DNA from: Candidatus Levybacteria bacterium GW2011_GWA1_37_16
Lineage (GTDB): Bacteria; Patescibacteriota; Microgenomatia; Levybacterales; UBA12049
Assembly (NCBI GenBank): GCA_943354875.1
Contig: CALRDJ010000002.1
Span: 1 to 44,809, forward strand
Direction: 5' to 3'
DNA length: 44,809 nt
Shown: positions 7,995 to 18,206 of the stretch, one piece after another
Layout: each line of letters opens with the position of its first letter
Position numbering within the stretch: the stretch's first letter is position 1
Program-made: the position numbers and the translations under genes
The notes under the pieces: generated by a model
What the model saw: only the letters and a program-made list of their open reading frames with translations
Told to the model about the DNA's origin: nothing
The model's database searches: none

Positions 7995-9338
7995 CTACTC
8001 TCCTAAGAATCGCCTCCGTACGTTTCCCCATCTCTCTCTTGCTCTTCTCATTCTTACGTCCATGGGCGTTTTTTGCTTCACCTTCAACCACCCAAGTGGA
8101 TCCTCATCGCGTCGCTCACGAGTAGCCGATTCGAAAACATCTACAAGCTTTCCTGCTATAACCCCGTTCCAGTCAAAGTGGTCCACTATATGCGCTCGTG
8201 CATCTTCACCCAGTTTTTTTCTATTATCCCGTGACATCACTACTAACTCATTCATGTTCTTTGCGAGATCTTCAGGATTTGCCGGCTCTGCTAACCTTGT
8301 AAAATCATGTCCCTTCGCCCAATCTCTTACCCCTGCGATGTCAGTCGATACTATTGGCTTTCCTGTTGACATGGCTTCTGCGATAGTACGCAAAAATCCT
8401 TCTCCAAGCCGAGAGGGAGCAACAAATATATCCGTCGAGCGATAGAGCTTCGGCATGTCTACCGTGGGAATCATGCCGGTAAATATAATTGAGCGAGAAA
8501 GTCCATAGCGACGAACCATCATCTGAAGTTCTTCTGTCATTTCTCCCTTTCCAGCTACCACAAGCTGTAAATTGTCACGATTTTTTTGCAACAAATGAAA
8601 CGCTTCGATAAGATCTGGTATGCCTTTACGCTCTTCGTGACGTCCTGCGAAAAGAATAGTCGTCTTCCCATCTTTTTTATACCAATCAAATGTATCACCA
8701 TCCGGTACTAATAATTCTGTGTCTATACCATTGGGAATTACCGCAAGGCTTAGATCAGGCTTAATCTCTTTCCACATCCGAGCGGTCGATTCAGAGACCG
8801 CGATATTCCTAATAGGAGTATCAAATAACGTTTGACCAAAACCGGGCGTGAGCCTTAGCATGCGTCTTAACTCAGGACGTCTTAACCTTTGACCAATCGC
8901 AATCATGGTTTTTTCACGACGTCCTAAAACCTCCATTTGCGCATGATACGTGGTTACAAATGCTGGCACTGACTCACCATCCACACCCCGAGGAGCTGCA
9001 GTCATCAGTGTATGAGACATAAAGGAAAGATTATGAGGATTAACTACATCGGGACGAAAACGCTCCAGTACTTCTCTGACCTCTCGTTTTCCCATAGTTA
9101 AAGCATTTGTATGCCTGGTTCCGGTATTTCTAAACGAAAGAGAAAAACTACCCAGAGTCTCATCTGCTACATTATTTTCCCCATCTTTAATGCGTGGCCC
9201 TACAGTAAGTACCCGTACTCCTTTATCTTCCAATGCTTTTTTTTCTTGCTTTACATAATCCGGAACTCCAGCAGGATCAGATTCTCTTAGGGGATATGAC
9301 GATGCAATCATCACGCGAAGTTCTCTATCTCTAGACAT
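7995..9338 (-). CDS. GT4-family (GT-B fold) glycosyltransferase with a basic C-terminal tail
   Basis: EGFLRTIAEAMSTGKPIVSTDIAG matches the E-x7-E region of GT4 retaining glycosyltransferases. 447 aa. Confidence 0.8.
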   Translation of the reverse strand: MSRDRELRVMIASSYPLRESDPAGVPDYVKQEKKALEDKGVRVLTVGPRIKDGENNVADETLGSFSLSFRNTGTRHTNALTMGKREVREVLERFRPDVVNPHNLSFMSHTLMTAAPRGVDGESVPAFVTTYHAQMEVLGRREKTMIAIGQRLRRPELRRMLRLTPGFGQTLFDTPIRNIAVSESTARMWKEIKPDLSLAVIPNGIDTELLVPDGDTFDWYKKDGKTTILFAGRHEERKGIPDLIEAFHLLQKNRDNLQLVVAGKGEMTEELQMMVRRYGLSRSIIFTGMIPTVDMPKLYRSTDIFVAPSRLGEGFLRTIAEAMSTGKPIVSTDIAGVRDWAKGHDFTRLAEPANPEDLAKNMNELVVMSRDNRKKLGEDARAHIVDHFDWNGVIAGKLVDVFESATRERRDEDPLGWLKVKQKTPMDVRMRRARERWGNVRRRFLGE

Positions 9339-9397
9339 AGCTTCAGATTATAGCATACGTCTTATCATAATGGGACAAACGAACTAATTATTAAAAA

Positions 9398-10009
9398 CTA
9401 ATTGAGAGTCATGTGAAGACTTGCCTGATCCAGAATAGCAGGATATTTAAGGCTCGTTTTCATCTGAACAGTATATAATTTATTTCCAGCATCTAGCTTA
9501 ATCGGACTAGAAAGCAATAACTGTGGTGCCCCTCCCTCGAGAGACACTTCAGAAAACCATACCGGATGCTTGTCCGTGGCATTATAAAGACGCACATATG
9601 CTTTTTCGTTACCAGTCGGTATATGAACAGATGCCTCAAAAGTTACCGTGCGAACAGAGGGATAACTGGAGGAATTAATATATTTACTCAACCCCGTCAC
9701 ATCAGCCCACTCATCAGTCTCATTTGCTCCAGACCCAAATGAGATATACACTTCCTTTATTGAAGACATGCCGTAACTCGCATCTTCTAATTTCAACGAA
9801 GTCGTCGGCTCACTAGTTGGATTTTCTGTAACTATGGGAGTTGGCTCAGCAGTGGGCAAAACAGCTATTTGCTGTTGCTCTATAACTATTGGGGCTCTGG
9901 AGAATAGCTGCGTATATTGGGCCAGGAAAATGTCGAGGAATAACAGATTTGCGACAATTAGAAAAACTCCAAATTTAGGAAGTAAAGAAAAAAGGGTATG
10001 TCTACTCAC
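9398..10009 (-). CDS. Membrane-anchored hypothetical protein (N-terminal TM helix, Pro/Thr linker, beta-rich domain)
   Basis: The N-terminal hydrophobic helix is FGVFLIVANLLFLDIFLA and the linker is PTAEPTPIVTENPTSEPT. I recognise no family. Confidence 0.5.
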   Translation of the reverse strand: MSRHTLFSLLPKFGVFLIVANLLFLDIFLAQYTQLFSRAPIVIEQQQIAVLPTAEPTPIVTENPTSEPTTSLKLEDASYGMSSIKEVYISFGSGANETDEWADVTGLSKYINSSSYPSVRTVTFEASVHIPTGNEKAYVRLYNATDKHPVWFSEVSLEGGAPQLLLSSPIKLDAGNKLYTVQMKTSLKYPAILDQASLHMTLN

Positions 10010-10032
10010 TACTCCAGTGTAGCATTATGTGG

Positions 10033-11124
10033 TTATCCGAGGTAGTCTTTTAATTTATTACCACGAGAAGGATGACGTAGTTTTCTAAGCGCCTTTGCCT
10101 CTATCTGACGGATACGCTCACGAGTAACGGCAAACATGCGACCTACTTCTTCCAAAGTCTTTGGCCGTCCGTCTTTAAGACCAAACCGTTCTTCAAGGAC
10201 TCTTCGTTCGCGGTCAGAAAGAGTCGCTAACACCTGCTCTACCTGCTCTTTCAAAAGCTCCCTGGATGCAGCATCAAAAAGAGTCGGTGCTGAGGTATCG
10301 TGAATAAAATCTCCCAATCTACTATCTTCTTCGTCTCCAACCGGAGATTCAAGACTTGCTGGCTCTTGAGATATTTTTATAATTTCCAATGCCTTATCTG
10401 GATCTATTCCCAAAACTTTTGCTACTTCCTCAGGAGTCGGCTCGCGACCCAGTTCCTGCATAAGTTTTCGAGAGGTTCTGAGAAATCTGTTGATATTTTC
10501 AACCATGTGCACTGGAATACGAATAGTTCTAGCCTGGTCTGCGATAGCACGGGTAATAGACTGACGAATCCACCATGTCGCATAGGTAGAAAATTTAAAT
10601 CCTCGACGCCAGTCGTATTTTTCTACTGCGCGAATAAGTCCCTGATTTCCTTCTTGAATGAGGTCTAGCAGTGTCAATCCTCGGCCGATATATTTTTTCG
10701 CGATAGACACGACCAGTCTCAGATTTGAAGTAATCAAAACTTTTTTGGCTGCATCATCACCTTTTTCTACTTTTTTAGCCAACTCTATCTCATCACTGAA
10801 GTTAAGAAGGGGAATGCGACCAATTTCTTTCAAGTACATACGAACTGGATCAGAAACCGCGCCTTCTGTTAATACCGTAAGCGCTTCAAGCTCTTTCTCC
10901 AGTATTTCAATAGGCTTCTCGCTGTCTTGTTCTTCTGCTACTGTCTCAAAAACATCGACATCAGACTTAAGAAATTTATCATATAGCTCGTCAAGCTCTT
11001 GAATATGCTCTTCAGGCTTTGGAAAAATTGCTAAAATCTCTTCCTGAGTTATATATCCGCGCTTTTTTGCTGACGATACAATCTCAGAAACTACGGGGTT
11101 TTTTTGTTTCGTATCTTTCTTCAT
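10033..11124 (-). CDS. rpoD: RNA polymerase primary sigma factor (sigma-70)
   Basis: Region 2 ([39 protein letters not shown]) and region 4.2 ([28 protein letters not shown]) are present. It lies downstream of dnaG. Confidence 0.95.
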   Translation of the reverse strand: MKKDTKQKNPVVSEIVSSAKKRGYITQEEILAIFPKPEEHIQELDELYDKFLKSDVDVFETVAEEQDSEKPIEILEKELEALTVLTEGAVSDPVRMYLKEIGRIPLLNFSDEIELAKKVEKGDDAAKKVLITSNLRLVVSIAKKYIGRGLTLLDLIQEGNQGLIRAVEKYDWRRGFKFSTYATWWIRQSITRAIADQARTIRIPVHMVENINRFLRTSRKLMQELGREPTPEEVAKVLGIDPDKALEIIKISQEPASLESPVGDEEDSRLGDFIHDTSAPTLFDAASRELLKEQVEQVLATLSDRERRVLEERFGLKDGRPKTLEEVGRMFAVTRERIRQIEAKALRKLRHPSRGNKLKDYLG

Positions 11125-11248
11125 CTTTTTTCACTACAATAAGCCCTTCGAAAAGTCATTGAATCTGAGAAGCAAATTCCCAGGCTCGAAGATCTCAGGG
11201 CATTAGGTACGTATATTGTACCACAGAACCACAAAAATAACGAATAAG

Positions 11249-13033
11249 TTAGGATTGAGAGGCTTGTAGCTCCTGGAGCCTGGGCATAAGCAGGGCAATC
11301 TGACCCTGCAAAGCTTGTAACTCCTCGCTGTCACCACTTTTTTCTTTTTGACGGATTTGTTCGGCAATCTCCCTCACTTGATTTTTTACTGACAACAACT
11401 GTAGCTCTCTCACTGCCTTCTTTAGTTCGTCCCTATAGTGCCCTGCTGTTTCAAATTTAGGAATAGGAAGTAGGAAGCATGTGTCAAAAGTAGGAACAAG
11501 CTCGATCGGCAAACCCTGCAAGAAAGTCTTTGTATCAAATGATTCATGTCCCTTTCCGTATACAATGATGCGTTCAAGTATCTTGCTATATGCAGGACTT
11601 TTAAACTGATATGACTCTAGTTCACTTATCTGGGAGATAGCCTCATTCGGATTTTCTGCTTGCACTACAAGCGCCATAATATATTCCTCAAGTATTTCCA
11701 TTCTTTCCCGCTTCTCTCTCTTTACCTCTACCACCTCTGCTACCTGAGCCCTCTTCGTGAGCTTCTCCGCTTGACGGATAACACTCTCATAGGAAGTATC
11801 TAGCACAGTACTCAATTTCCGATAAAAATGTTCTTTTACGACTTCGTTTTCTATAACTGCCAGGAATGGGAGAAATGACTGGGTGATAGATTTTTTTCCA
11901 TCAGGAGTCGAAGGATCAAATTTTTTCGTAAAGTAATCTTGGAGAAAATCATAAATATCGATATCATGCTCCACCGCTTTTTTATAGGCAACCGGATCTT
12001 TGTCCAAAGCCTCATCTGCATCCTTCGCATTCTCAATTTTTATAACCGTTGTCGTAAGGCCCTTTTGCTCTATGATAGGCAAACTTCTCTGAAGTGCTTG
12101 CTGACCTGCATCATCCATATCAAAACAGAGACTAATTTTTTTCGCAAACCGCGAGAGAAGATTTACCTGCTCCTCGGTAAGTGCCGTTCCTTTTATGGCC
12201 ACTGTATTTGTAATCCCGTGATGAAATGAGTTAATCGCATCAAATTCACCCTCCACAATTATCGCCCGACCAGTTTTCTTAATCTCATCCTTGGCGATAT
12301 GAAGACCGAAAAAAAGTTCTCCTTTATGATATACAAGGGTATCTCGCGTATTCATATATTTCGGTCCGTACCCATTATCATCGAGCACTCTTCCTGAAAA
12401 TCCGACGATATTTCCTCTATGGTCAGTCAGCGGAAACATAATACGATGTACGAAAAAATCAGAAACTCTTCCATTTTTAAAAACTGCCAAACCTGCTTCA
12501 AACAAATCCTCTTTCGGATATCCTTTTTTCTTCATAAGATAGGTTGATAACGCAGATCCTTCAGATGGAGAATAGCCAAGCATAAAGGTTTTCAAAAGAG
12601 GTGCTTTTATGTGACGTGTGTCTGTTAAGTACTCTAATGCTTTTTTTCCGGCTGCATGCTTGGTTAGAACAAAGTGATAATACTCACTCGCAAGCATATT
12701 TAATGTATATATTTTTTCTTTTTTAGATGCTGTTTGTGGGCTGTAATTCTTCGTCGATGCGAGTTCTATTCCTACCTTTTGAGCTAAAATCCGAAGCGCC
12801 TCTACGAATTCCAAGTTCTCATACTCCATGAGAAATGTAAAAGCATCTCCTCCTTTTCCACAACCAAAACAATGCCAAATCTGTCGCTCAGGAGACACCA
12901 CAAAGGATGGAGTTTTTTCTCCATGAAATGGACAGTTCGTTTTAAAATTATGACCTAGTTTTTTTAGTGGTAAGTATTCTGCGATGAGGGCTACTATATC
13001 TACCTTTTCTCGTATTTGTGTTACTTGGTCCAT
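11249..13033 (-). CDS. dnaG: DNA primase
   Basis: Zinc-ribbon motif CPFHGEKTPSF...CFGCG and TOPRIM motif IVEGEFD are present. 594 aa. Confidence 0.95.
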   Translation of the reverse strand: MDQVTQIREKVDIVALIAEYLPLKKLGHNFKTNCPFHGEKTPSFVVSPERQIWHCFGCGKGGDAFTFLMEYENLEFVEALRILAQKVGIELASTKNYSPQTASKKEKIYTLNMLASEYYHFVLTKHAAGKKALEYLTDTRHIKAPLLKTFMLGYSPSEGSALSTYLMKKKGYPKEDLFEAGLAVFKNGRVSDFFVHRIMFPLTDHRGNIVGFSGRVLDDNGYGPKYMNTRDTLVYHKGELFFGLHIAKDEIKKTGRAIIVEGEFDAINSFHHGITNTVAIKGTALTEEQVNLLSRFAKKISLCFDMDDAGQQALQRSLPIIEQKGLTTTVIKIENAKDADEALDKDPVAYKKAVEHDIDIYDFLQDYFTKKFDPSTPDGKKSITQSFLPFLAVIENEVVKEHFYRKLSTVLDTSYESVIRQAEKLTKRAQVAEVVEVKREKRERMEILEEYIMALVVQAENPNEAISQISELESYQFKSPAYSKILERIIVYGKGHESFDTKTFLQGLPIELVPTFDTCFLLPIPKFETAGHYRDELKKAVRELQLLSVKNQVREIAEQIRQKEKSGDSEELQALQGQIALLMPRLQELQASQS

Positions 13034-13049
13034 AGGCGCATATCTGCTT

Positions 13050-13063
13050 CTGCCGACAGGCAG
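13050..13063. repeat. Mini-palindrome CTGCC-GACA-GGCAG in the predicted dnaG 5' leader
   Basis: This is a perfect 5+4+5 palindrome. It lies between an extended -10 (TGATACAAT on the minus strand, -10 at 13073-13068) and the dnaG ATG (13033). It has the same core as the copies at 20375, 26284 and 41022. Confidence 0.7.
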
Positions 13064-13119
13064 GGGTATTGTATCACCAACTCCGTGCCTTTCATATCTG
13101 CTAGAATAGCATTTCTACT

Positions 13120-13631
13120 ATGATATTTGTTCTATTTGGATTACCAGGATCAGGCAAAACTCATGTCGCGCAAGTCTTACGAAAACACTTTAATTTTTTT
13201 ATTCATGATGGTGATGACGACCTACCACCTGTCATGAAAAAACTACTGCTTACAAGTGTCCCTATTTCTGATGAGATGCGAGATGTTTTTTTTAAAAAAC
13301 TTATTACTCATGTTAAAATCCTTGAAAAAAATATGATCAACTGATAGTCACCCAAACATTTATTAAAAATAAATATCGAAAATGGTTTATACAAAACTTT
13401 CCAAAAGCTCAGTTTGTCTTAATACGTGTTAATGATAGTCTCCGAGAAAAAAGATTAAAAACCAGAAGAGAGTTCCCACTAGAAGATAGATATGCCAAGC
13501 ACATGGTCGACTTATTTGAAAAACCAAACATCCCATACGACACTATTCTCAACGAGTCAGAAGACGAAAAGGAAATCATTACCCAATTTAATGCATTAAA
13601 TCTTCACCAAAAGAAAGTCGATAATCCTTGA
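13120..13631 (+). pseudogene. Gluconokinase/shikimate-kinase-type P-loop kinase interrupted by a -1 frameshift in an A7 run
   Basis: The ORF 13120-13344 (GLPGSGKTH, HDGDDD) stops at TGA 13342. The -1 frame is open from 13326 to TGA 13629-13631 and continues the family pattern (YDQLIVTQTFIKNKYRKWF...VLIRVNDSLREKRLKTRR). The junction is the A7 run at 13325-13331. Confidence 0.7.
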
Positions 13632-14807
13632 GGCAATTTCTTTTTTTCCAGCAAGAGGAATTTTTTGGATCGACTTATCTTTACTTATTATGTACACCTC
13701 ATTTGTATCTGCCTCAAATCCACGATCAGATCGTGAAATATCATTTGCTATAACAACTTCGGCATGTGATTTCTGCAACGCACCAAGCGAGACCTTAAGC
13801 AATCTTTCCTCTGATAAACCATACTCTGCCTTAAATGCGATCAACTTTATTTTTGGATTTATTTTTTTTATTTCGTGCAATATCTTTCTCTGCGGCACAA
13901 GATGAATATCGAAAGAATGAGTACTTGAAATTTTTCCTTTTACTTTTTTCGTAACTTTAAAATCAGAAACTGCAGCAGCATGAAATAATATATCGCTTTT
14001 TCTAACCTCTTGATTTAAAAGAGTATATAGCTCGTCTACTGTTTCAAATGTTTTTTCTGGAATTACATAACGAGAAGTTACCGAGCTTTTCGATCGCAAA
14101 AGCAAAACATCTGCGCCCCGCAGATAACACTCCTGCGCCAAGGCTACTCCCATCTTACCAGAACTCTTATTTGCTATAAATCGAACCTCATCGATTTTCT
14201 CTCTTGTTCCTCCCGCAGTTATGATAATCCTTTTCCCCTTAAGTGAGCGAGAATAGCGCATTTGAGTATCGACTTCATCTAGGATATGTTCCACCTGCGG
14301 CAATCGCCCTTCCCCTTCATATCCACATGCAAGCATTCCCTTTTCTGGGTGAATAACTATATATCCTACTGTTTTTAATTTTAAAACATTTTCCTGCGTT
14401 ATCGGATTGTTCCACATGTGCACATTCATGGACGGACAAATAATAACTGGTGAATTTGCCGCTAAAATAGTAGTTGTTAAAAAATCGTCAGCTATACCAT
14501 GAGCTATTTTTGCGATAATATTTGCAGTAGCTGGTGCTACCACTATGACATCTGCTTTATCTGCTAAGTCTATATGATCAACTTTTCTAACCTTTAAAAT
14601 ATGTTTGTAATCAAAATTCTTTTCAAACAGCTCGCTATATACTTTATTGCCAGATGCTCTCTCAAACTCTTTTTTGTCAATCATCTGAGTGGCGCTTTTG
14701 GTCATAACCACAAAAACTTCAGCTTCTTTTTTCAAAAGCTTTACCAGCTCAAGTGTTTTATATGTCGCAATTCCGCTACTCACTCCCAAAACAACTATCT
14801 TCTTCAT
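13596..14807 (-). CDS. coaBC: Bifunctional phosphopantothenoylcysteine decarboxylase / phosphopantothenate-cysteine ligase
   Basis: N-terminal flavoprotein domain (GVSSGIATYKTLELV) plus a C-terminal DFP ligase domain (ITAGGTREKIDEVRFIANKSSGKMG). 403 aa. Confidence 0.92.
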   Translation of the reverse strand: MKKIVVLGVSSGIATYKTLELVKLLKKEAEVFVVMTKSATQMIDKKEFERASGNKVYSELFEKNFDYKHILKVRKVDHIDLADKADVIVVAPATANIIAKIAHGIADDFLTTTILAANSPVIICPSMNVHMWNNPITQENVLKLKTVGYIVIHPEKGMLACGYEGEGRLPQVEHILDEVDTQMRYSRSLKGKRIIITAGGTREKIDEVRFIANKSSGKMGVALAQECYLRGADVLLLRSKSSVTSRYVIPEKTFETVDELYTLLNQEVRKSDILFHAAAVSDFKVTKKVKGKISSTHSFDIHLVPQRKILHEIKKINPKIKLIAFKAEYGLSEERLLKVSLGALQKSHAEVVIANDISRSDRGFEADTNEVYIISKDKSIQKIPLAGKKEIASRIIDFLLVKI

Positions 14808-14873
14808 AGAAGTACTATTCTAGCATCATCAGCTTGTTTTTCCCAAATGATGAAGCTACAATAATAAAACTTC

Positions 14874-15623
14874 ATGACAAAAAAGAAATACAAAGCTCTC
14901 ATCTTAGATGTCGACGGCACTACTATTCCTAACAGTCGCGATGGAATGCCCTCAAAACGCGTAACTGATGCGATCAGAAATGCAAACCAAAAACTTATCG
15001 TAGGTCTTGCCAGCGGAAGACCATACGAAGATCTGAATCATATTGCCAAACACCTAGAACTATCTGGTCCTCTTATAGTAAACGGCGGAGCAAGAGTAGT
15101 AGATTCAAAAGGAAAAACATTATGGGAGAAAATCATCAATACTCATGATGTGATAGAAATTAAAAATATTTTTTTTCGATACAACACTAACTGTTTTATA
15201 TATGATAATGGTCGAGATGTGATAATTTCCAAAGAATACATTCCAGAAAGGGCTTTACAAATCTACTCACAAGGTCTTGATCCAGAAGTTGCAAATCAAA
15301 TTATTGAAAAAATATCTACTATAAAAACCGTTTCTGTTCATACGGTACATTCTTGGACTAGGGGGAGAGTCGATGTTATGATAAATCATACTAGTGCCAC
15401 AAAGCAGCATGGCATTCTCGAATTTGCTAAATTACTAGGCTTAAATACTCACGAAATTATCGGTGTCGGTGATGGGAACAATGACTTTCCGCTTCTTATG
15501 GCATGCGGGTTAAAAGTGGCTATGGGAAATGCATCGGATGATCTAAAAGCCATAGCCGACTATGTAGCGCCGACGGTGGACGAAGATGGCGTCGCAGATG
15601 TGATCGAAAAGTTCATATTGTAG
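14874..15623 (+). CDS. HAD-IIB (Cof-type) phosphatase
   Basis: Motif I LDVDGT, motif IV GDGNNDFPLL and a Cof-like cap region are present. Confidence 0.8.
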   Translation: MTKKKYKALILDVDGTTIPNSRDGMPSKRVTDAIRNANQKLIVGLASGRPYEDLNHIAKHLELSGPLIVNGGARVVDSKGKTLWEKIINTHDVIEIKNIFFRYNTNCFIYDNGRDVIISKEYIPERALQIYSQGLDPEVANQIIEKISTIKTVSVHTVHSWTRGRVDVMINHTSATKQHGILEFAKLLGLNTHEIIGVGDGNNDFPLLMACGLKVAMGNASDDLKAIADYVAPTVDEDGVADVIEKFIL

Positions 15624-15650
15624 TTTTTCTTTAAATACCCTATAATAATA

Positions 15651-17051
15651 ATGCCCATGAAGAGTTACGATTACTCGACATACCTCTCACCTTTCACCTG
15701 GCGATACGGGTCTGACGAAATGCGCCAAATCTGGTCTGAAATCCACAAGAGACAACTCTGGAGAAAAATCTGGGTAGCCTTAGCCCGAGCCCAAGCAAAA
15801 GAAAATCTTATCTCACAAGAAGAATTAGATGACCTCATCGTTCACGAAAAAGATATCGACATAGATAAAGCTCATGAAATAGAAAAAGAAATAAAGCATG
15901 ATCTTATGGCAGAAATCACTGTGTATGCACAGAGTGCTAAAATCGGGGGAGGGAAGATTCATGTGGGTGCTACCTCGATGGACATAGAGGACAATACCGA
16001 TGCACTTCGCATCCAAGAATCCCTCCTGCTCCTAAAAGGCAAACTCCTGACTTTACTCAAAAACCTACAAGACAAAATCGATGAATATGACTCACTCGTC
16101 TGCATGGGGTACACACACCTCCAACCAGCAGAGCCAATAACTCTAGGATATAGGTTTGCTATGTATGCCCAAGATGTTATCATAGACTTGGAGACCCTCG
16201 AATTCGCCACTACCCAGATACTCGGGAAGGGTATGAAGGGCGCAGTCGGTACATCAGCAAGCTATGTCCAACTAGTGGGTGCTGAAAAGGCTCAGGCACT
16301 AGAAGAAGACGTCGTGAAAGAACTCGGACTAAAAATTGCTGCAATTAGCAATCAGACCGGTCCGAGGAAGGTTGAACATATTATCTCCTCAACGCTTTCC
16401 TCTATAGCTCAGACCATCTATAACATGGCCTTTGACGTGCGTATTTTGCAGTCCCCAGGCTTCGGCGAAATCTCTGAAGCTTTTGGAGCGAAACAAATAG
16501 GCTCCTCTGCCATGCCATTCAAGCGCAATCCTATCAAGTCTGAGCAAATGTGCTCACTCGCACGATTCGTGATCCATCTGGCAACCGTTCCTGGAGACAA
16601 TGCAGCGCATATGCTGCTCGAACGCACGCTCGATGACTCAGCAAACCGTCGCGTAGTGCTTCCTGAGCTCTTTCTAGCTGTGGATGACATCCTAGGTAGC
16701 GCAGCTACACTTATCGCAAACCTAAACATAAACACCGCTCAGATTGAAAAAAACCTCTCTATCCATGGTCCATTTGCAGCCACAGAAGTAGTAATGCTGG
16801 AGGCAACCAAGCGGGGTGGCAATAGACAAGATCTACACGAAGCAATCCGTGAAAATTCACTAAAAGCGTACGATAGCATCCAAAAAACAGGAGTTAACCC
16901 TCTCTTGGACCTTCTCGAAAAAGACTCCCGAATTACTAAATATATCCCAACTGAGGAACTAGTAACGTTGCTTGACCCAACTCATCATGTGGGCCTATCG
17001 ACGAAGCGCTGTAAAGACCTCTCTCAGCGAATCCAAAGTATTTTAGTATGA
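15651..17051 (+). CDS. purB: Adenylosuccinate lyase
   Basis: Fumarate-lyase signature GSSAMPFKRNP; 466 aa. The start could instead be ATG 15657, because the -10 box ends at 15646. Confidence 0.92.
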   Translation: MPMKSYDYSTYLSPFTWRYGSDEMRQIWSEIHKRQLWRKIWVALARAQAKENLISQEELDDLIVHEKDIDIDKAHEIEKEIKHDLMAEITVYAQSAKIGGGKIHVGATSMDIEDNTDALRIQESLLLLKGKLLTLLKNLQDKIDEYDSLVCMGYTHLQPAEPITLGYRFAMYAQDVIIDLETLEFATTQILGKGMKGAVGTSASYVQLVGAEKAQALEEDVVKELGLKIAAISNQTGPRKVEHIISSTLSSIAQTIYNMAFDVRILQSPGFGEISEAFGAKQIGSSAMPFKRNPIKSEQMCSLARFVIHLATVPGDNAAHMLLERTLDDSANRRVVLPELFLAVDDILGSAATLIANLNINTAQIEKNLSIHGPFAATEVVMLEATKRGGNRQDLHEAIRENSLKAYDSIQKTGVNPLLDLLEKDSRITKYIPTEELVTLLDPTHHVGLSTKRCKDLSQRIQSILV

Positions 17052-18202
17052 ACTATAGGGCAACACCTATCACCCGCCCTCTTCGCATCGGCATAGTAGG
17101 TGGTGGACAACTTGGCAGAATGCTCACTATCTCTGCTAAGAAGATGGGATTTATAGTCGCTGTTACAGACCCTACGCCCGAAAGCCCTGCTGGACAAGTC
17201 GCAGATCGACAGATAATTGGCGGGTACAAAGACGAGAAATCCACCAGAGAATTAGCAAAGATTTCTGACGTTCTCACTGTTGATGCAGAATTTGTAAACG
17301 ATGAGGTTTTACAAAAACTAGAAGATGAGGGAGCAGTAATTCATCCCTCTCCCAAAACTATTACTGTTATTAAAGACAAATTAAAACAAAAAGAATTTCT
17401 GACAAGTCACCATATCCCCACCGCAGAATTTAAAAGTGTTACATCTGAAAAAGATGTTGAAGAAGCCATAGAAATATTTGGATTACCACTCCTCCTAAAA
17501 GCACGTACTGATGCTTATGATGGAAAAGGAAACTTCGTAATTCACGAGAAATCAGATATTTCTAAAGGACTTGAGAAATTAAAAAATAGATCACTCTACG
17601 TTGAAACATTTGTACCATTTACTCTCGAACTTGCGATAATGGTAGCACGAAATACAAAAGGAGAAATAACTACGTATCCAGTGGTCGAAACAATTCATGT
17701 AGAGAGTGTTTGCGATACTGTTATGGCTCCTGCATCGATTTCTCCAAGAGCGAAAAAAAACGCTGAGGACATTGCCATACAGGTTGTAGATAAATTAGAC
17801 GGCGCAGGAGTTTTCGGCATAGAAATGTTTTTGACAAAAGACGATAGAGTACTTATTAACGAAATAGCACCTCGCGTTCACAACTCTGGTCACTACACCA
17901 CAGAAGCATGCATTACTTCCCAGTTCGAACAACACATCCGCGCTATTACTGGTATGCCACTCGGAGAAACCACTATGCTAGTTAAGGCAGCTGTTATGAA
18001 AAACATACTGGGAGAAAAAAATGGTGATGGTATTCCAGAAGGTTTGGAAAAAGCAGAAAAAATTCCAAAGACGTTTATTCATATGTATGGAAAAAAGGAA
18101 TCTCGTCCCGGCAGAAAGATGGGGCATATCACGGTAATTGGAGAGACAATTGAGGAATGTTTAAAAAAGGCCAACATGGCACGGAGTTTTTTGGTAATAT
18201 AA
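17048..18202 (+). CDS. purK: N5-carboxyaminoimidazole ribonucleotide synthase
   Basis: ATP-grasp protein with [12 protein letters not shown]. The start overlaps the purB stop (ATGA), and it is followed by purE. Confidence 0.9.
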   Translation: MNYRATPITRPLRIGIVGGGQLGRMLTISAKKMGFIVAVTDPTPESPAGQVADRQIIGGYKDEKSTRELAKISDVLTVDAEFVNDEVLQKLEDEGAVIHPSPKTITVIKDKLKQKEFLTSHHIPTAEFKSVTSEKDVEEAIEIFGLPLLLKARTDAYDGKGNFVIHEKSDISKGLEKLKNRSLYVETFVPFTLELAIMVARNTKGEITTYPVVETIHVESVCDTVMAPASISPRAKKNAEDIAIQVVDKLDGAGVFGIEMFLTKDDRVLINEIAPRVHNSGHYTTEACITSQFEQHIRAITGMPLGETTMLVKAAVMKNILGEKNGDGIPEGLEKAEKIPKTFIHMYGKKESRPGRKMGHITVIGETIEECLKKANMARSFLVI

Positions 18203-18206
18203 AGCT

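Noticed and set aside
13345-13595. An apparent 250-nt intergenic gap that might have hosted an ncRNA.
   Set aside because: It is fully explained as the out-of-frame 3' half of the frameshifted kinase gene.
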